In this document: positions 53,950 through 63,261 of the stretch, piece after piece
Position numbering within the stretch: position 1 is the stretch's first letter
Layout of the letters: the number at the start of each line of letters is the position of its first letter
Assembly: GCA_963727805.1 (NCBI GenBank)
Contig: CAVSHF010000005.1
Location: 800,001-864,000, forward strand
Source of the DNA: an uncultured Nitrospiraceae bacterium
GTDB lineage: Bacteria > Nitrospirota > Thermodesulfovibrionia > Thermodesulfovibrionales > Dissulfurispiraceae
Direction: 5' to 3'
DNA: 64,000 nucleotides
Notes under the pieces: generated by a model
Seen by the model: only the letters and a program-made list of their open reading frames with translations
What the model was told of the DNA's origin: nothing
The model's database searches: none
Made by a program: the position numbers and the translations under genes

Positions 53950-54015
53950 TGTCATTTCCAAAAGATAACTTAACCTAACAACAAATAACTTAACTGATAT
54001 ACAAGATAACTTAAC
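53950..54015 (+). repeat. Three direct repeats of ATAACTTAAC (putative TnsB/TniA binding sites)
   Basis: Exact copies at 53965-53974, 53985-53994 and 54006-54015. Confidence 0.85.
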
Positions 54016-54150
54016 TCACCTAGCCCTTATTCCCTACTAAAGTCGGTCATTATTGCTTATAGGAGGACTTTCTTAATCTCGTTAAGTGCCTCGTTCGGCT
54101 CCGAACACAGGACTTCGAGGCCGGACACTGTTATTTCCTTGCAATATAAG

Positions 54151-54333
54151 TCAAAGTCGACGTCCTGCCTCCCTTTGCCTATAAAAGTTCGGTTCATATG
54201 CGACCGGCTTGCTACCTGACGCTCCAAAAGTCATCCTGGAATCAATTCCAGGGTACCAATTGTTGTTCCCGTTGGTGTCTACACACCATGTGCCATTTCT
54301 AAAAAGGCCGATTTCCGAATTGTTCCACGGCAT
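54151..54333 (-). pseudogene. Stray copy of the propeller repeat unit of the upstream gene
   Basis: IGLFRNGTWCVDTNGNNNW..ID...FG matches the IGVFRNGTWY.D.NG repeats of 54377-55951. Confidence 0.55.
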
Positions 54334-54376
54334 AATGGCTAAGGCCCTACCTGCTTATTAGCTTGTAAGAATCTGT

Positions 54377-55951
54377 TTATTTTACGATCGGCTTGTCACC
54401 GGGCAGCCCACCGAATACCGTTAGAGAATCAAGATTGGGATCCCACTGATCGTTGTTGTTCATATCCAGGTACCAATTGCCGAAGCTAGGTCTGAAAACA
54501 CCGATCTTGGTGAAGCCATTACTATTCCAGTCGCCAACAACGGGGATATCACCGGTCGTTCCAAAGGTTAAGCAAGCGTCTTTAGTCGGATCTGCGGGCG
54601 CTCCGCACCCCGCCCATATGCCAGTAGCAACGAATGCCCCAGAATAGTCAAGATACCATGTCCCATTCCTGAATACCCCTATTTTAATTCTGCCGTCTCC
54701 ATTCCAGTCGCCAACAACGGGGATATCACCGGCTATCCCAAGGGATAAGCAAGCGTCTTTAGACGGATCCGCGGGAGCTCCGCACCCCGACCATATGCCA
54801 GTAGTAGCTAATATCCCGGAATAATCAAGATACCATGTCCCATTCCTAAATACGCCTATCTTATCCTTTCCATCGGTACTGCCGTTCCAGTTACCTACAA
54901 CTGGAATATCACCAGCCTGGCCCAAGGCGATCGTTTTATCAATACCCGGATCCCATGCATTGTTACCGTTCATATCGAGCAACCATGAACCGCTTCTGAA
55001 AACACCTAATTTTATTGTGCCGCTACCGGTCCAATCGCCTGCGACCGGGATATCACCTGCAGTGCCAAAACTGATCGTAATATCGCTGGACTCCCAATAA
55101 TGGTCACCGTTGGCGTCTATATACCATGTGCCATTTCTAAAGACACCTATATTTGATGCAATGATAGATATAAATACATTTCGACCCATACCCACCGAAA
55201 CATTGCCGGCGGCGTCTTTTGCGTAAGCGTAAAGTGTATGCGCACCTCCAGTTACGGCCGTATAAGATGCGGGTGCCATTGACGACCATCCCGCGGCTCC
55301 AGCACTTGGGGCAGCGGGGTTTTCAGTAATAATATATCCTGTTACCGCTACGTTGTCCGAGGCAGTCAAAAGGGTAACTGGAACCTGGAGGGTGTGTACA
55401 ACTGCAGGAATAGTGAACCCGTTCACTGTCGGCGCCTGGTTATCAATTATGGAAACTGTTGCGCTTACGCCTACTGAAACATTGTTGGCAGCGTCTTTTG
55501 CATAAGCGTAAAGAGTATGCACACCTGTAGTAGCAGCCGTATACGATGTGGGTGCCGTTGACGACCATCCCACGGCTCCGGCACTAGGGGCAGTCGCGCT
55601 TTCAGTAATAATATATCCTACTACCGCTACGTTGTCCGAGGCAGTAAATACGGTAACCGGAACCTGGAGGGTGTTGAACACCACTGCGGGAACAGTGAAC
55701 CCGGTTACTGTCGGAGCTATGGTATCAAGGCCGGAGGCACCTGAAACCGTCTTGGACAACCGATTGCCCATCGCGTCATAGTTATAAACTATAGCGGTCC
55801 CATCTGAATTCGTAACCTGTGCCAGCTGGTTTAAACCGTCATAGCCATAAACACTTGTTGTTGTTGTGGCGAAAGTTGTAGTGGTGTGTGCACAGAAGCA
55901 CAGAATCATCACAGTAAAGACAATATATAGAAACTTAGAAAAACTCTTCAT
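54377..55951 (-). CDS. Secreted protein: signal peptide, short YD repeat, two Ig-like repeats, FG-GAP/VCBS-like repeats
   Basis: YGYDGLNQL...YNYDAMGNR; two D..APTV..F..AKDAA.NVS units; repeated GDIPV.GDW..IGVFR..WYLD. Confidence 0.8.
   Translation of the reverse strand: MKSFSKFLYIVFTVMILCFCAHTTTTFATTTTSVYGYDGLNQLAQVTNSDGTAIVYNYDAMGNRLSKTVSGASGLDTIAPTVTGFTVPAVVFNTLQVPVTVFTASDNVAVVGYIITESATAPSAGAVGWSSTAPTSYTAATTGVHTLYAYAKDAANNVSVGVSATVSIIDNQAPTVNGFTIPAVVHTLQVPVTLLTASDNVAVTGYIITENPAAPSAGAAGWSSMAPASYTAVTGGAHTLYAYAKDAAGNVSVGMGRNVFISIIASNIGVFRNGTWYIDANGDHYWESSDITISFGTAGDIPVAGDWTGSGTIKLGVFRSGSWLLDMNGNNAWDPGIDKTIALGQAGDIPVVGNWNGSTDGKDKIGVFRNGTWYLDYSGILATTGIWSGCGAPADPSKDACLSLGIAGDIPVVGDWNGDGRIKIGVFRNGTWYLDYSGAFVATGIWAGCGAPADPTKDACLTFGTTGDIPVVGDWNSNGFTKIGVFRPSFGNWYLDMNNNDQWDPNLDSLTVFGGLPGDKPIVK
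54524..54877. repeat. Intragenic tandem duplication, 177-bp period
   Basis: ATTCCAGTCGCCAACAACGGGGATATCACCGG begins at both 54524 and 54701; it encodes two GIW.GCGAPADP.KDACL units. Confidence 0.85.
55165..55723. repeat. Intragenic tandem duplication of an Ig-like domain, period about 279 bp
   Basis: Near-identical blocks such as TACCGCTACGTTGTCCGAGGCAGT occur twice; boundaries approximate. Confidence 0.8.
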
Positions 55952-56386
55952 TGAACCCTCCTAATTTATCTATTAATCTTTAATTCCCATATTGATGCTC
56001 ATCAGCCTGCATCGAACAATCACAGACGTTACGTTCCCCTTGCCGTCGCAAAGGTAGTTGATGCTATCTCCTTACAGCGAAAAATAATAGAAAATACCGA
56101 TGATTTTAAATACCACCCCTAAATTTCTTACAAAAAAGTTCGGCTTGTAAATTGTTTTTTGCCAGCATATCGGATAATAGTATATGTGCTATAAAACAAT
56201 TTTATTTTTTTCAGCAATCGTATCCGGTTTAGCACACCTGTTGATTCTCTTCCCGCCAAAACAAAAGGATTGCCCCCCCCTTTGCAATATCGTATGTGTA
56301 CTTATATCCAGGACTAAGTATGGTATCCCTCGAACTAACTGCTCAACCGTCCCATTTAGACATTCGCCCAAGCGTAGCGACTCCCG

Positions 56387-56782
56387 TCAATTGATAGATC
56401 TGCAAATCACCGCTCCCTCAGCTCCCCATGAAGGCTCCATGACAAACAAAATCAATTCATTGTTCTTTATCTGCTTCAAATATTTACCTATAGCGTCGCT
56501 GGTTATTACAGGTTGTGTCTCATTTGAGCTATGAATCCATTTGACCCACTGAATGATTTCCTTATCATCCAGAGGAATTTCGGTAGAAACAATAAGTCTG
56601 GAAACAACATTCTGAAAATTTAAATCATTGATTCGGAACGAAACAACATCGCTAAAACTCAAATGCGCGGCTATTCCATTTACCCGAATGAAACCAAGCA
56701 ATATTTTTTTCTCTAATCGCTTAATCTCGACAGAGACCAATTCCGCATCATGGAACCCAGACGACAATTCTTCTTTCAGCAT
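56387..56782 (-). CDS. Putative immunity protein
   Basis: Directly downstream of the Rhs gene, small, N-terminal FHDAE motif as in Imm50-like proteins. Confidence 0.6.
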   Translation of the reverse strand: MLKEELSSGFHDAELVSVEIKRLEKKILLGFIRVNGIAAHLSFSDVVSFRINDLNFQNVVSRLIVSTEIPLDDKEIIQWVKWIHSSNETQPVITSDAIGKYLKQIKNNELILFVMEPSWGAEGAVICRSIN

Positions 56783-56830
56783 ATCTTTAGCTCCCCAAGC
56801 ATTTAATGAGTTTTGAATCTTATGTTGCCG

Positions 56831-59800
56831 TTATCTCCCTTGAGGCCATGGTGACACTGGATAACCTTGACCTCGTACAGGGTTGCCATTAGCATCACGA
56901 TCCCAGTTATGTGCATGTGGATCGTCATGATGATCATAATCGATATCAGTTTCCGGTTGACCATCAGCTCCGTACTGCCTCTCTTGACCACTTCCAGGAT
57001 TCTTACAGCGACTTCCCGGATCGCCAGTATTTGGTGTTTTAGCGTAAGAATTCCACCAATCTTTTGCCATATTGATCATATCTGAAATGGCGTCTCCTGC
57101 GTTTTGAAAGCCTTGCCAGATATCATTAGCCAACTGCTGATTAGCCGCTTGCTGCTGTGGTGTAGGTGGTAATATTAAAGGTAACGGAATTGGACCGGGT
57201 AACACCATTGCTTGAAGTCCAAACGGATCCACCCAGTTCACGGGACTATTGCCAACGAAACGATATAGGTTGACATCGCCGTATTCTCTCAGAGGGTCTC
57301 TATTAATCCATCTCCCCAGTGCGGCATCATAGAACCTGAACCCGTAGTACGAAAGTCCCGTGTCAGCGTCGTATTCCTTCGTCGAAAACATATACGGCTG
57401 GTCGACGGTGGCTGATTTCTTCATGAGGACACCGAAGGAATCATAGGCATAGGTGTCGACCGGTGTTTGCGTCGAGTCAATCACTGTGACCACGTTGCCC
57501 TTGCCATCGTAGAGGTAATTATAGTCCTGGCTGTTCTGCCTGAGGTTAAGCAGTCCGCCGATTCCGCCGGCACGGTTCTTACCCCACAAGTATTCTCTTT
57601 TCACAATCCAGCTATTTAGTCCGTCTTTTTCCTGCACAGAGAGGAGCCTGTCTCTAACGTAACGGATGTCACTCGCGGTTGTCCAAATCCCGTTCCCGTT
57701 CGTCTCTAATGTCTTTATCATCTCAGTAAGTACGCCATCCCCACTGTAAGAATAGCTAGTCTGGTGAGTTACGTTTTGGTTGTCGGTAAACGACGCTGAA
57801 GTAAGTCTGTTTGCAGCATCGTAACCCAGCGTCATTGGGTAGCCAGATGGTGTGTACGCCCGAGTCATGTTCCCGTCATTATCATAAATAAGCGCTGCCC
57901 CGTTAACCTTTTGCACCTGGTTAACCTTGTTTTGAGTGCTATCGGCATTTATGTAGCTGTAAGTTGTAGTGCCGTTAATGAAGTTGTCAATTACCGCTCC
58001 GTTGGTAACCGTCTCAGTGCTAATCATATCTGGATGGGTCGCATCGGCGTAAGCATACGCATAACTGCTGATGATACTGTCGCTGCCCGTATTTGGATGG
58101 TAATAATTATACAAGCCCATAAGTTTATTCAAAGGATCGTTATACTGATGTTGATATTGGGTATTACCGCCATTTGGACGCGTGAGCTTCTGCACAATTG
58201 GGCTGCTCGGACTGATTGTCGTGTCGTAGCTGTAGACATACGGAGCGTCGCTTCCCCTCTGAATGGTTGAAAGTCGGCCAATCCCATCATACCCATAAGT
58301 TATAAGTTGACTCCCCAGTGCCTGCATTGTGCTCAATTGCCCGAGAGAGTTATAGGTGTACGTAATAGTTGGCTGCGTGTCCCCGGGATATGTCACCGTC
58401 AGCAGCCGCCTGTTGTTATCATAGCCGTAGTAGAACGTCCCAATGCCATCAATCCTGTAATCAAGCCTGTTGTTAGGATCATAATGAAGCGTGACGTTCG
58501 GCGTTGCTGTTACTCCTGTTCCTGTCGTATAGTTTATATTCGTCAGGTTGTTAATGGGATCATAAAGGTACGTTGTCGTTGTCTGGGGACGCGCGGATGT
58601 AGTCAAACGGAGCAGTCCGTTGGGCCAATAGGTATAAGAGATGGAATTGCCGTCCGCATAAGTTTTCAGATTGAGCCTGTTATCATGGTCATAGCCAAAT
58701 GTCGTTACTCTGCTGTTAGCGTCGGTAAAGGAAGTCAGGTTGCTGTTGGCGTCATACCCGTATTGAAATGTTTGCAACAATGCTCCAGAAGGTCCGACGG
58801 TCTTGTAGTAGAGTCTCCTTAGTGCATCATAGGAATAGGTTGTCGTGAGCCCCGATCTATCTGTCGTGCTGTTGACCATAAAAGGACACGAGGTATTGTT
58901 AGATATCACTTCCGTCCTATTATCAGGATAGTTAATCTGTGACAGTTGATCCAACCCCATATATTGATAGGTCACATATACGCCGTCCGCATAGGTAGCA
59001 TCGGATAATCTCCCGATGTTATCAAAGTCGAAAGTGCCCATTAGCGTGTCAGATTGCGATCCCTGGTGCTTTAATATCTTATGCAAAGTGTTATTGGGCG
59101 CATCATAGACAAAACTCGTGGTCGTCTTCAATGCCGACACATTATTAGCCTCTATTGCCGAAGTAAGACGGCCATAACTGTCATATTCATACTTTGTCTC
59201 TACACTTACACTCATCCTGTCTAAAATATCAGTGACATCATGCGTGCTGTAGGAATTGTAAGTACCGTATTGATAAGTGACCGTACCAAGTCCATCAGTG
59301 ATGGTATGGACATCGACACCATTGGAATAGTAAGCATATGAAATGGTGGCATTACTGGTAGTCGGGGTGGTAATTGTGGCATCCCAGAAGTAGGTGATCC
59401 GGCCATTTGAATTATACTGATAATGCGTGGTGTGGTTGTTGGCGTCTGTAATGGAGGCTGGACGTCCGGTGACCGGATCATAGGTGTATCTCGTAAAGTT
59501 TTGCTCAGGGGTAACGATGTTCGCAAGCTTAACCTTGGGAAGGCTCGACCGGTCAAAAAAGTATGAAGTCTTCGGTGCCGCTGAAGTCAAGTTATTAGAG
59601 ATTGCACCGGTCACTGGATCCTTAAAGTAAGTAACATAGTCCCTCGGGCTAACATACCAGGTATTGGCACCATTGTAAAAATATTCTTCCGCATGATTAT
59701 TTGGGTCAGTAATGGTTATGCGGTAGTTCTTGCCCATACCCAACGGATCGTCCGGCGCAGGATAGGCGACGGCCGTTGATGAGCCGTCATTCGGCTCGAT

Positions 59801-61036
59801 TTTGAAAACCCATGTGCTACTCGACGTGCCATTGGACTTTGTGATACCTGTAAGATAACTGTCTGCATTGTAGGTATAAGTCGTGATGTAAGTTCCCATG
59901 TCGGATGCTGACACAAGATTGCCCGAGGTATCGAACAGAAAGGTCGCATGACGCGGAGAGAGAGAGGGGTCGGTGACAGTGAGGCTATCTTGGGCATACT
60001 GGAAAGAGGTTGTTTGTCCGCCGGCATCTGTGATGGTCGACAGTTTTCCCCCGACATAGCTAAGGGTAAGAGGTAACCCGTGCGGGTCTATTATTTGGAC
60101 TAAGGATGGCTTTGTAAGTCCCGACGATTGCGGGATATCGTACACATAGACGGTGTCGTCCAAAAACCTCAACTGGTATTGAGAGCCAGAGGTATGTGTC
60201 AGAGTGTTGAATACCCCAAATGGTTTTGTATAAATGCCCCCGCTAAGAGTATATGCGTCCTGTCTACCGTCAGGCATATTTACCGTTACGTTTCCGCTTC
60301 CATCCACTGCTAGGGAACTCCCATAGTTAAAAGTCCATTTGTTTCCAAAAGGAGCTGTGGCATCAATAGATGCTAGAGAGTTATAACTCAACTGAAGTTT
60401 GACCTGTGGCCCATATGCAGGCTTATACCAGATAGGAGTATCTGATATGTTCAGATTCATGTTGATCTTATTCACAGACCAGACAGGTGAACCTTGACCA
60501 CTACACGGGTCGTCGGGATTTGTATCAGTACCTAAATCATCAGCTGGCGGTGGCGAGGGATCCTTCTGTTCATATACAGCAAAAGTTGTTGTATTCCATG
60601 CGGGGGGGATATCTGGCATGGGACCCACTGTTATTTCAGCTGTAACTACGACAGGCATATTAAGAGGATTATAGGGCGCATAAGGATCACAAGATGATGA
60701 AAAACTATGCCCATACTGATCGACGCCAACCTCTTGACAATTAGCCGTGGCGAAATAATAGCCGTCCTCCGGAAAGGTATAAGTTATTCCGTACCCATAA
60801 TTGTAAATGGATCCTTTTGTTTGGTGTGTAAACCACATCGGTAAAACTTCGCAGTATAAGTCTGCTTCAACATTCATAGATAGAATCGATAGTAACAGCG
60901 TCAATACAATAGTGATCATGATCAAAAAGAATTGCATTCTCCTTTTCATTTTCACTGTCAGTAGTGAGGATGCACATTTCTTACCTTTTCCTTGCCCCAT
61001 TTCAAAAAGCGACAACAAATCACTATTATTCTTCAT
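56831..61036 (-). CDS. Rhs/YD repeat polymorphic toxin with hydrophobic signal-like N-terminus and His-rich C-terminal toxin
   Basis: YD repeats, core FSTKEYD..GLSYYGFRFYD..GRWINRDP, PVNWVDPFG; tip ..YGADGQPETDIDYDHHDDPHAHNW; alternative start 60949. Confidence 0.92.
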   Translation of the reverse strand: MKNNSDLLSLFEMGQGKGKKCASSLLTVKMKRRMQFFLIMITIVLTLLLSILSMNVEADLYCEVLPMWFTHQTKGSIYNYGYGITYTFPEDGYYFATANCQEVGVDQYGHSFSSSCDPYAPYNPLNMPVVVTAEITVGPMPDIPPAWNTTTFAVYEQKDPSPPPADDLGTDTNPDDPCSGQGSPVWSVNKINMNLNISDTPIWYKPAYGPQVKLQLSYNSLASIDATAPFGNKWTFNYGSSLAVDGSGNVTVNMPDGRQDAYTLSGGIYTKPFGVFNTLTHTSGSQYQLRFLDDTVYVYDIPQSSGLTKPSLVQIIDPHGLPLTLSYVGGKLSTITDAGGQTTSFQYAQDSLTVTDPSLSPRHATFLFDTSGNLVSASDMGTYITTYTYNADSYLTGITKSNGTSSSTWVFKIEPNDGSSTAVAYPAPDDPLGMGKNYRITITDPNNHAEEYFYNGANTWYVSPRDYVTYFKDPVTGAISNNLTSAAPKTSYFFDRSSLPKVKLANIVTPEQNFTRYTYDPVTGRPASITDANNHTTHYQYNSNGRITYFWDATITTPTTSNATISYAYYSNGVDVHTITDGLGTVTYQYGTYNSYSTHDVTDILDRMSVSVETKYEYDSYGRLTSAIEANNVSALKTTTSFVYDAPNNTLHKILKHQGSQSDTLMGTFDFDNIGRLSDATYADGVYVTYQYMGLDQLSQINYPDNRTEVISNNTSCPFMVNSTTDRSGLTTTYSYDALRRLYYKTVGPSGALLQTFQYGYDANSNLTSFTDANSRVTTFGYDHDNRLNLKTYADGNSISYTYWPNGLLRLTTSARPQTTTTYLYDPINNLTNINYTTGTGVTATPNVTLHYDPNNRLDYRIDGIGTFYYGYDNNRRLLTVTYPGDTQPTITYTYNSLGQLSTMQALGSQLITYGYDGIGRLSTIQRGSDAPYVYSYDTTISPSSPIVQKLTRPNGGNTQYQHQYNDPLNKLMGLYNYYHPNTGSDSIISSYAYAYADATHPDMISTETVTNGAVIDNFINGTTTYSYINADSTQNKVNQVQKVNGAALIYDNDGNMTRAYTPSGYPMTLGYDAANRLTSASFTDNQNVTHQTSYSYSGDGVLTEMIKTLETNGNGIWTTASDIRYVRDRLLSVQEKDGLNSWIVKREYLWGKNRAGGIGGLLNLRQNSQDYNYLYDGKGNVVTVIDSTQTPVDTYAYDSFGVLMKKSATVDQPYMFSTKEYDADTGLSYYGFRFYDAALGRWINRDPLREYGDVNLYRFVGNSPVNWVDPFGLQAMVLPGPIPLPLILPPTPQQQAANQQLANDIWQGFQNAGDAISDMINMAKDWWNSYAKTPNTGDPGSRCKNPGSGQERQYGADGQPETDIDYDHHDDPHAHNWDRDANGNPVRGQGYPVSPWPQGR

Positions 61037-61328
61037 CAGCCCCTCTTTGCATCCAGGTTATTTTTGCATATCCTTGCGCTATTGTTATGTGAGTTAGTTA
61101 GTGGAATGTCGGCTGCAGTTAGATGTGCGGGGATAGCCCCCTTAGATAAAACAGAAGAAAAAAGAATGGAAATAATGAATGATGGAGTCGGGAGTGGAAG
61201 TGCGGCAACGCTTTCGTACAACAGAAACCTCCATAAAAGAAGTTCTTGTTGTCACGCGCCTCTTGAGTCCCTCCCAGATACCCAGGCAACGCCTGACGAA
61301 GATAAAAAATATCTATAGAAACTGTCAG

Positions 61329-61357
61329 AGTCTACCACTTAACAAAATTAATGTCAA
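61329..61357 (-). promoter_or_regulatory. Sigma70-type promoter for the Rhs operon
   Basis: TTGACA (61352-61357)-17 nt-TAGACT (61329-61334). Confidence 0.6.
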
Positions 61358-61687
61358 GGAATTGGGCCCTTTTGTCAAGGAATTTTTCATTACTTGTACG
61401 TACTAGACATCTGATGATTACTGGATGGCCCCAGAAATCTTTTCTTGTCTGCTTCTTCCTGTACCTCACATCGATGCATATGTGACGGAAATTACGATTC
61501 TTCTTTGATATGAGACATATATTCTATAGAATACACTTATATGGTTCGTATCACTGAAACGAGTCCAGCAAACTGCACTTCTTATTGAAATAATGCAAAG
61601 CTGTTTGGTAATATTTTCACAGCTGAACAGAAACTCTATAATCATTAGTTAGATAGTACAGATGACTTTGTGAAAGGTCCTAAGAAG

Positions 61688-62431
61688 ATGTCTATTCTAA
61701 GCGAGATGACCTATAGTGTGCTGAGGGTGACAACGGTTATTTCTGATCACCTTTTCTGGCCGGCGATGGAAACTTCCGGGCAGCGAGCGGCTCGAGAGCT
61801 ACAACTGCCTCCGTCTTTTATTCAACAACTATTAGCAGTCGAAGATAAACGTTTTTTCTACCACCTTGGCGTGGATTTCCTATCTGTACTGAGGGCATTG
61901 TTATTCAATATGGGGACAGCAGTGACTCGCCGGCACGGTGCAAGCACGATAACCCAACAAATATACTCCAATACTACCCGTCGCAACGGAACTTACCGAT
62001 CCACTGTCGGTTTCAAGATTGCTCAGTCGACCTGGGCAGTTAAGAGAACATTGACACACTCAAAGCTATATGTCCTTAGGGATTACTTAGATTCGGTATA
62101 TTTCGGCAAGTCTTTCTATGGGCTTAAGCAGGCTTCCGAGGGATATTTCGGACGGATCCCGCGTGACCTCTCTATAGCCGAGAGTTTCTTTTTAGTTGAG
62201 CGCATCGCAAGACCTAACAAAGTCTGCGTCAGACGGATAGAAATTCTCGCCGCCAGGAGACCCCTTGCCATCCTCCTCAAAGCTGATCTCACCATCATCT
62301 GTCAACTGGCAGCACTGTACGAACGGTATTTTAATTGTGGGGAGGTAATAGCACAATGCCTGGAGAGGTCTCTCAGGAAACAGGTCGTGCATACGTCTAC
62401 GTATTCGGAGGCTGTCTCGAGAGAGCGGTAA
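61688..62431 (+). CDS. Stand-alone GT51 transglycosylase-domain protein, divergent, no obvious TM anchor
   Basis: EDKRFFYHLGVD (motif I), GASTITQQ (motif II), YLDSVYFG; start could be GTG at 61670. Confidence 0.8.
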   Translation: MSILSEMTYSVLRVTTVISDHLFWPAMETSGQRAARELQLPPSFIQQLLAVEDKRFFYHLGVDFLSVLRALLFNMGTAVTRRHGASTITQQIYSNTTRRNGTYRSTVGFKIAQSTWAVKRTLTHSKLYVLRDYLDSVYFGKSFYGLKQASEGYFGRIPRDLSIAESFFLVERIARPNKVCVRRIEILAARRPLAILLKADLTIICQLAALYERYFNCGEVIAQCLERSLRKQVVHTSTYSEAVSRER

Positions 62432-63072
62432 AAGGGTTCCAACAGGTTTTTAACGTGTATCAGAACCCGGAGAAATTGACCTTCGCAGGATTCTCTGGAG
62501 CCGAATACTCCTTCGATCTTTCTGGCCTTTACGAAGGGGCTGAAGTGTTTGTGGAGTCAAAAGGGTATCGCGATGGCTCAGGCATTCTGGACGGATACAA
62601 AGAGTTTTTGGCCAAGGCATATTGTACCTCTGTTCAGAACATGAGACACCGGAACGATCATTTCTGGTTTGTCACAAACGTGTCGTTTGGCTCTTCGATT
62701 GGTCGCCGCTTATGGTCTCCTGAATTCATTGCTGACTCACTTGGTGGATCGAAGTCGCCAAAGGCCGCGATGATTATCGGCAGTGCACCGATCGATGAAG
62801 GACATGTCCGATCCCTCAGCCAAAGAATTGCCATTGGTATCTTTACCGACTCCTTTATTAAGGTGATGGGCGTACTGTATCACTTTCAGCCGGGAGATAC
62901 GCTGTGGAGCGCAACGAAACTGATACACGGGGGCCGCATGCCACTTCCTTATTTCGACCCAATTGTGACAAGCGTGCAGCGCATGAACAATAATCAAGAT
63001 CCGAATCGAATTCGCTACGGACAGCGGCTGCATTTGCCCTGGTTCGGTATCCGCGATGCCGATAATAACTAA
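62356..63072 (+). CDS. PD-(D/E)xK nuclease-like domain fused to a C-terminal LysM domain
   Basis: SFDLSG...VFVESKGY, FWFVTN; YHFQPGDTLWSA...MN..QDPNRIRYGQRLHLP; GGAGG RBS at 62341. Confidence 0.7.
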   Translation: MPGEVSQETGRAYVYVFGGCLERAVKGFQQVFNVYQNPEKLTFAGFSGAEYSFDLSGLYEGAEVFVESKGYRDGSGILDGYKEFLAKAYCTSVQNMRHRNDHFWFVTNVSFGSSIGRRLWSPEFIADSLGGSKSPKAAMIIGSAPIDEGHVRSLSQRIAIGIFTDSFIKVMGVLYHFQPGDTLWSATKLIHGGRMPLPYFDPIVTSVQRMNNNQDPNRIRYGQRLHLPWFGIRDADNN

Positions 63073-63261
63073 CAGATAAAAGATACCAAAGAGCGTGTAA
63101 ATGTCACGGGTATTATGCTGAAACATACCCCTTATTCAACATCACGACCATTAAACGAATTGAATATGATGATGAAGCTGTTATTGACGGTGCAGGTAAG
63201 GTAGTAGATATGAGTGGTGTTGATCCGCGTAGAATATCCAGAATCGTTGTGAGAGGTACCG

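Noticed and set aside
53629..53950. miaA 3' end as a TnsD-type attachment site
   Set aside because: The insertion is about 320 bp from the miaA stop and inside another gene, much farther than canonical Tn7 att spacing; unproven without comparative data
53960..54020. Spaced repeats as a mini CRISPR array or iterons
   Set aside because: The 20-21 bp period is too short for repeat-spacer units, no cas or rep gene is present, and the TGT terminus fits a transposon end better
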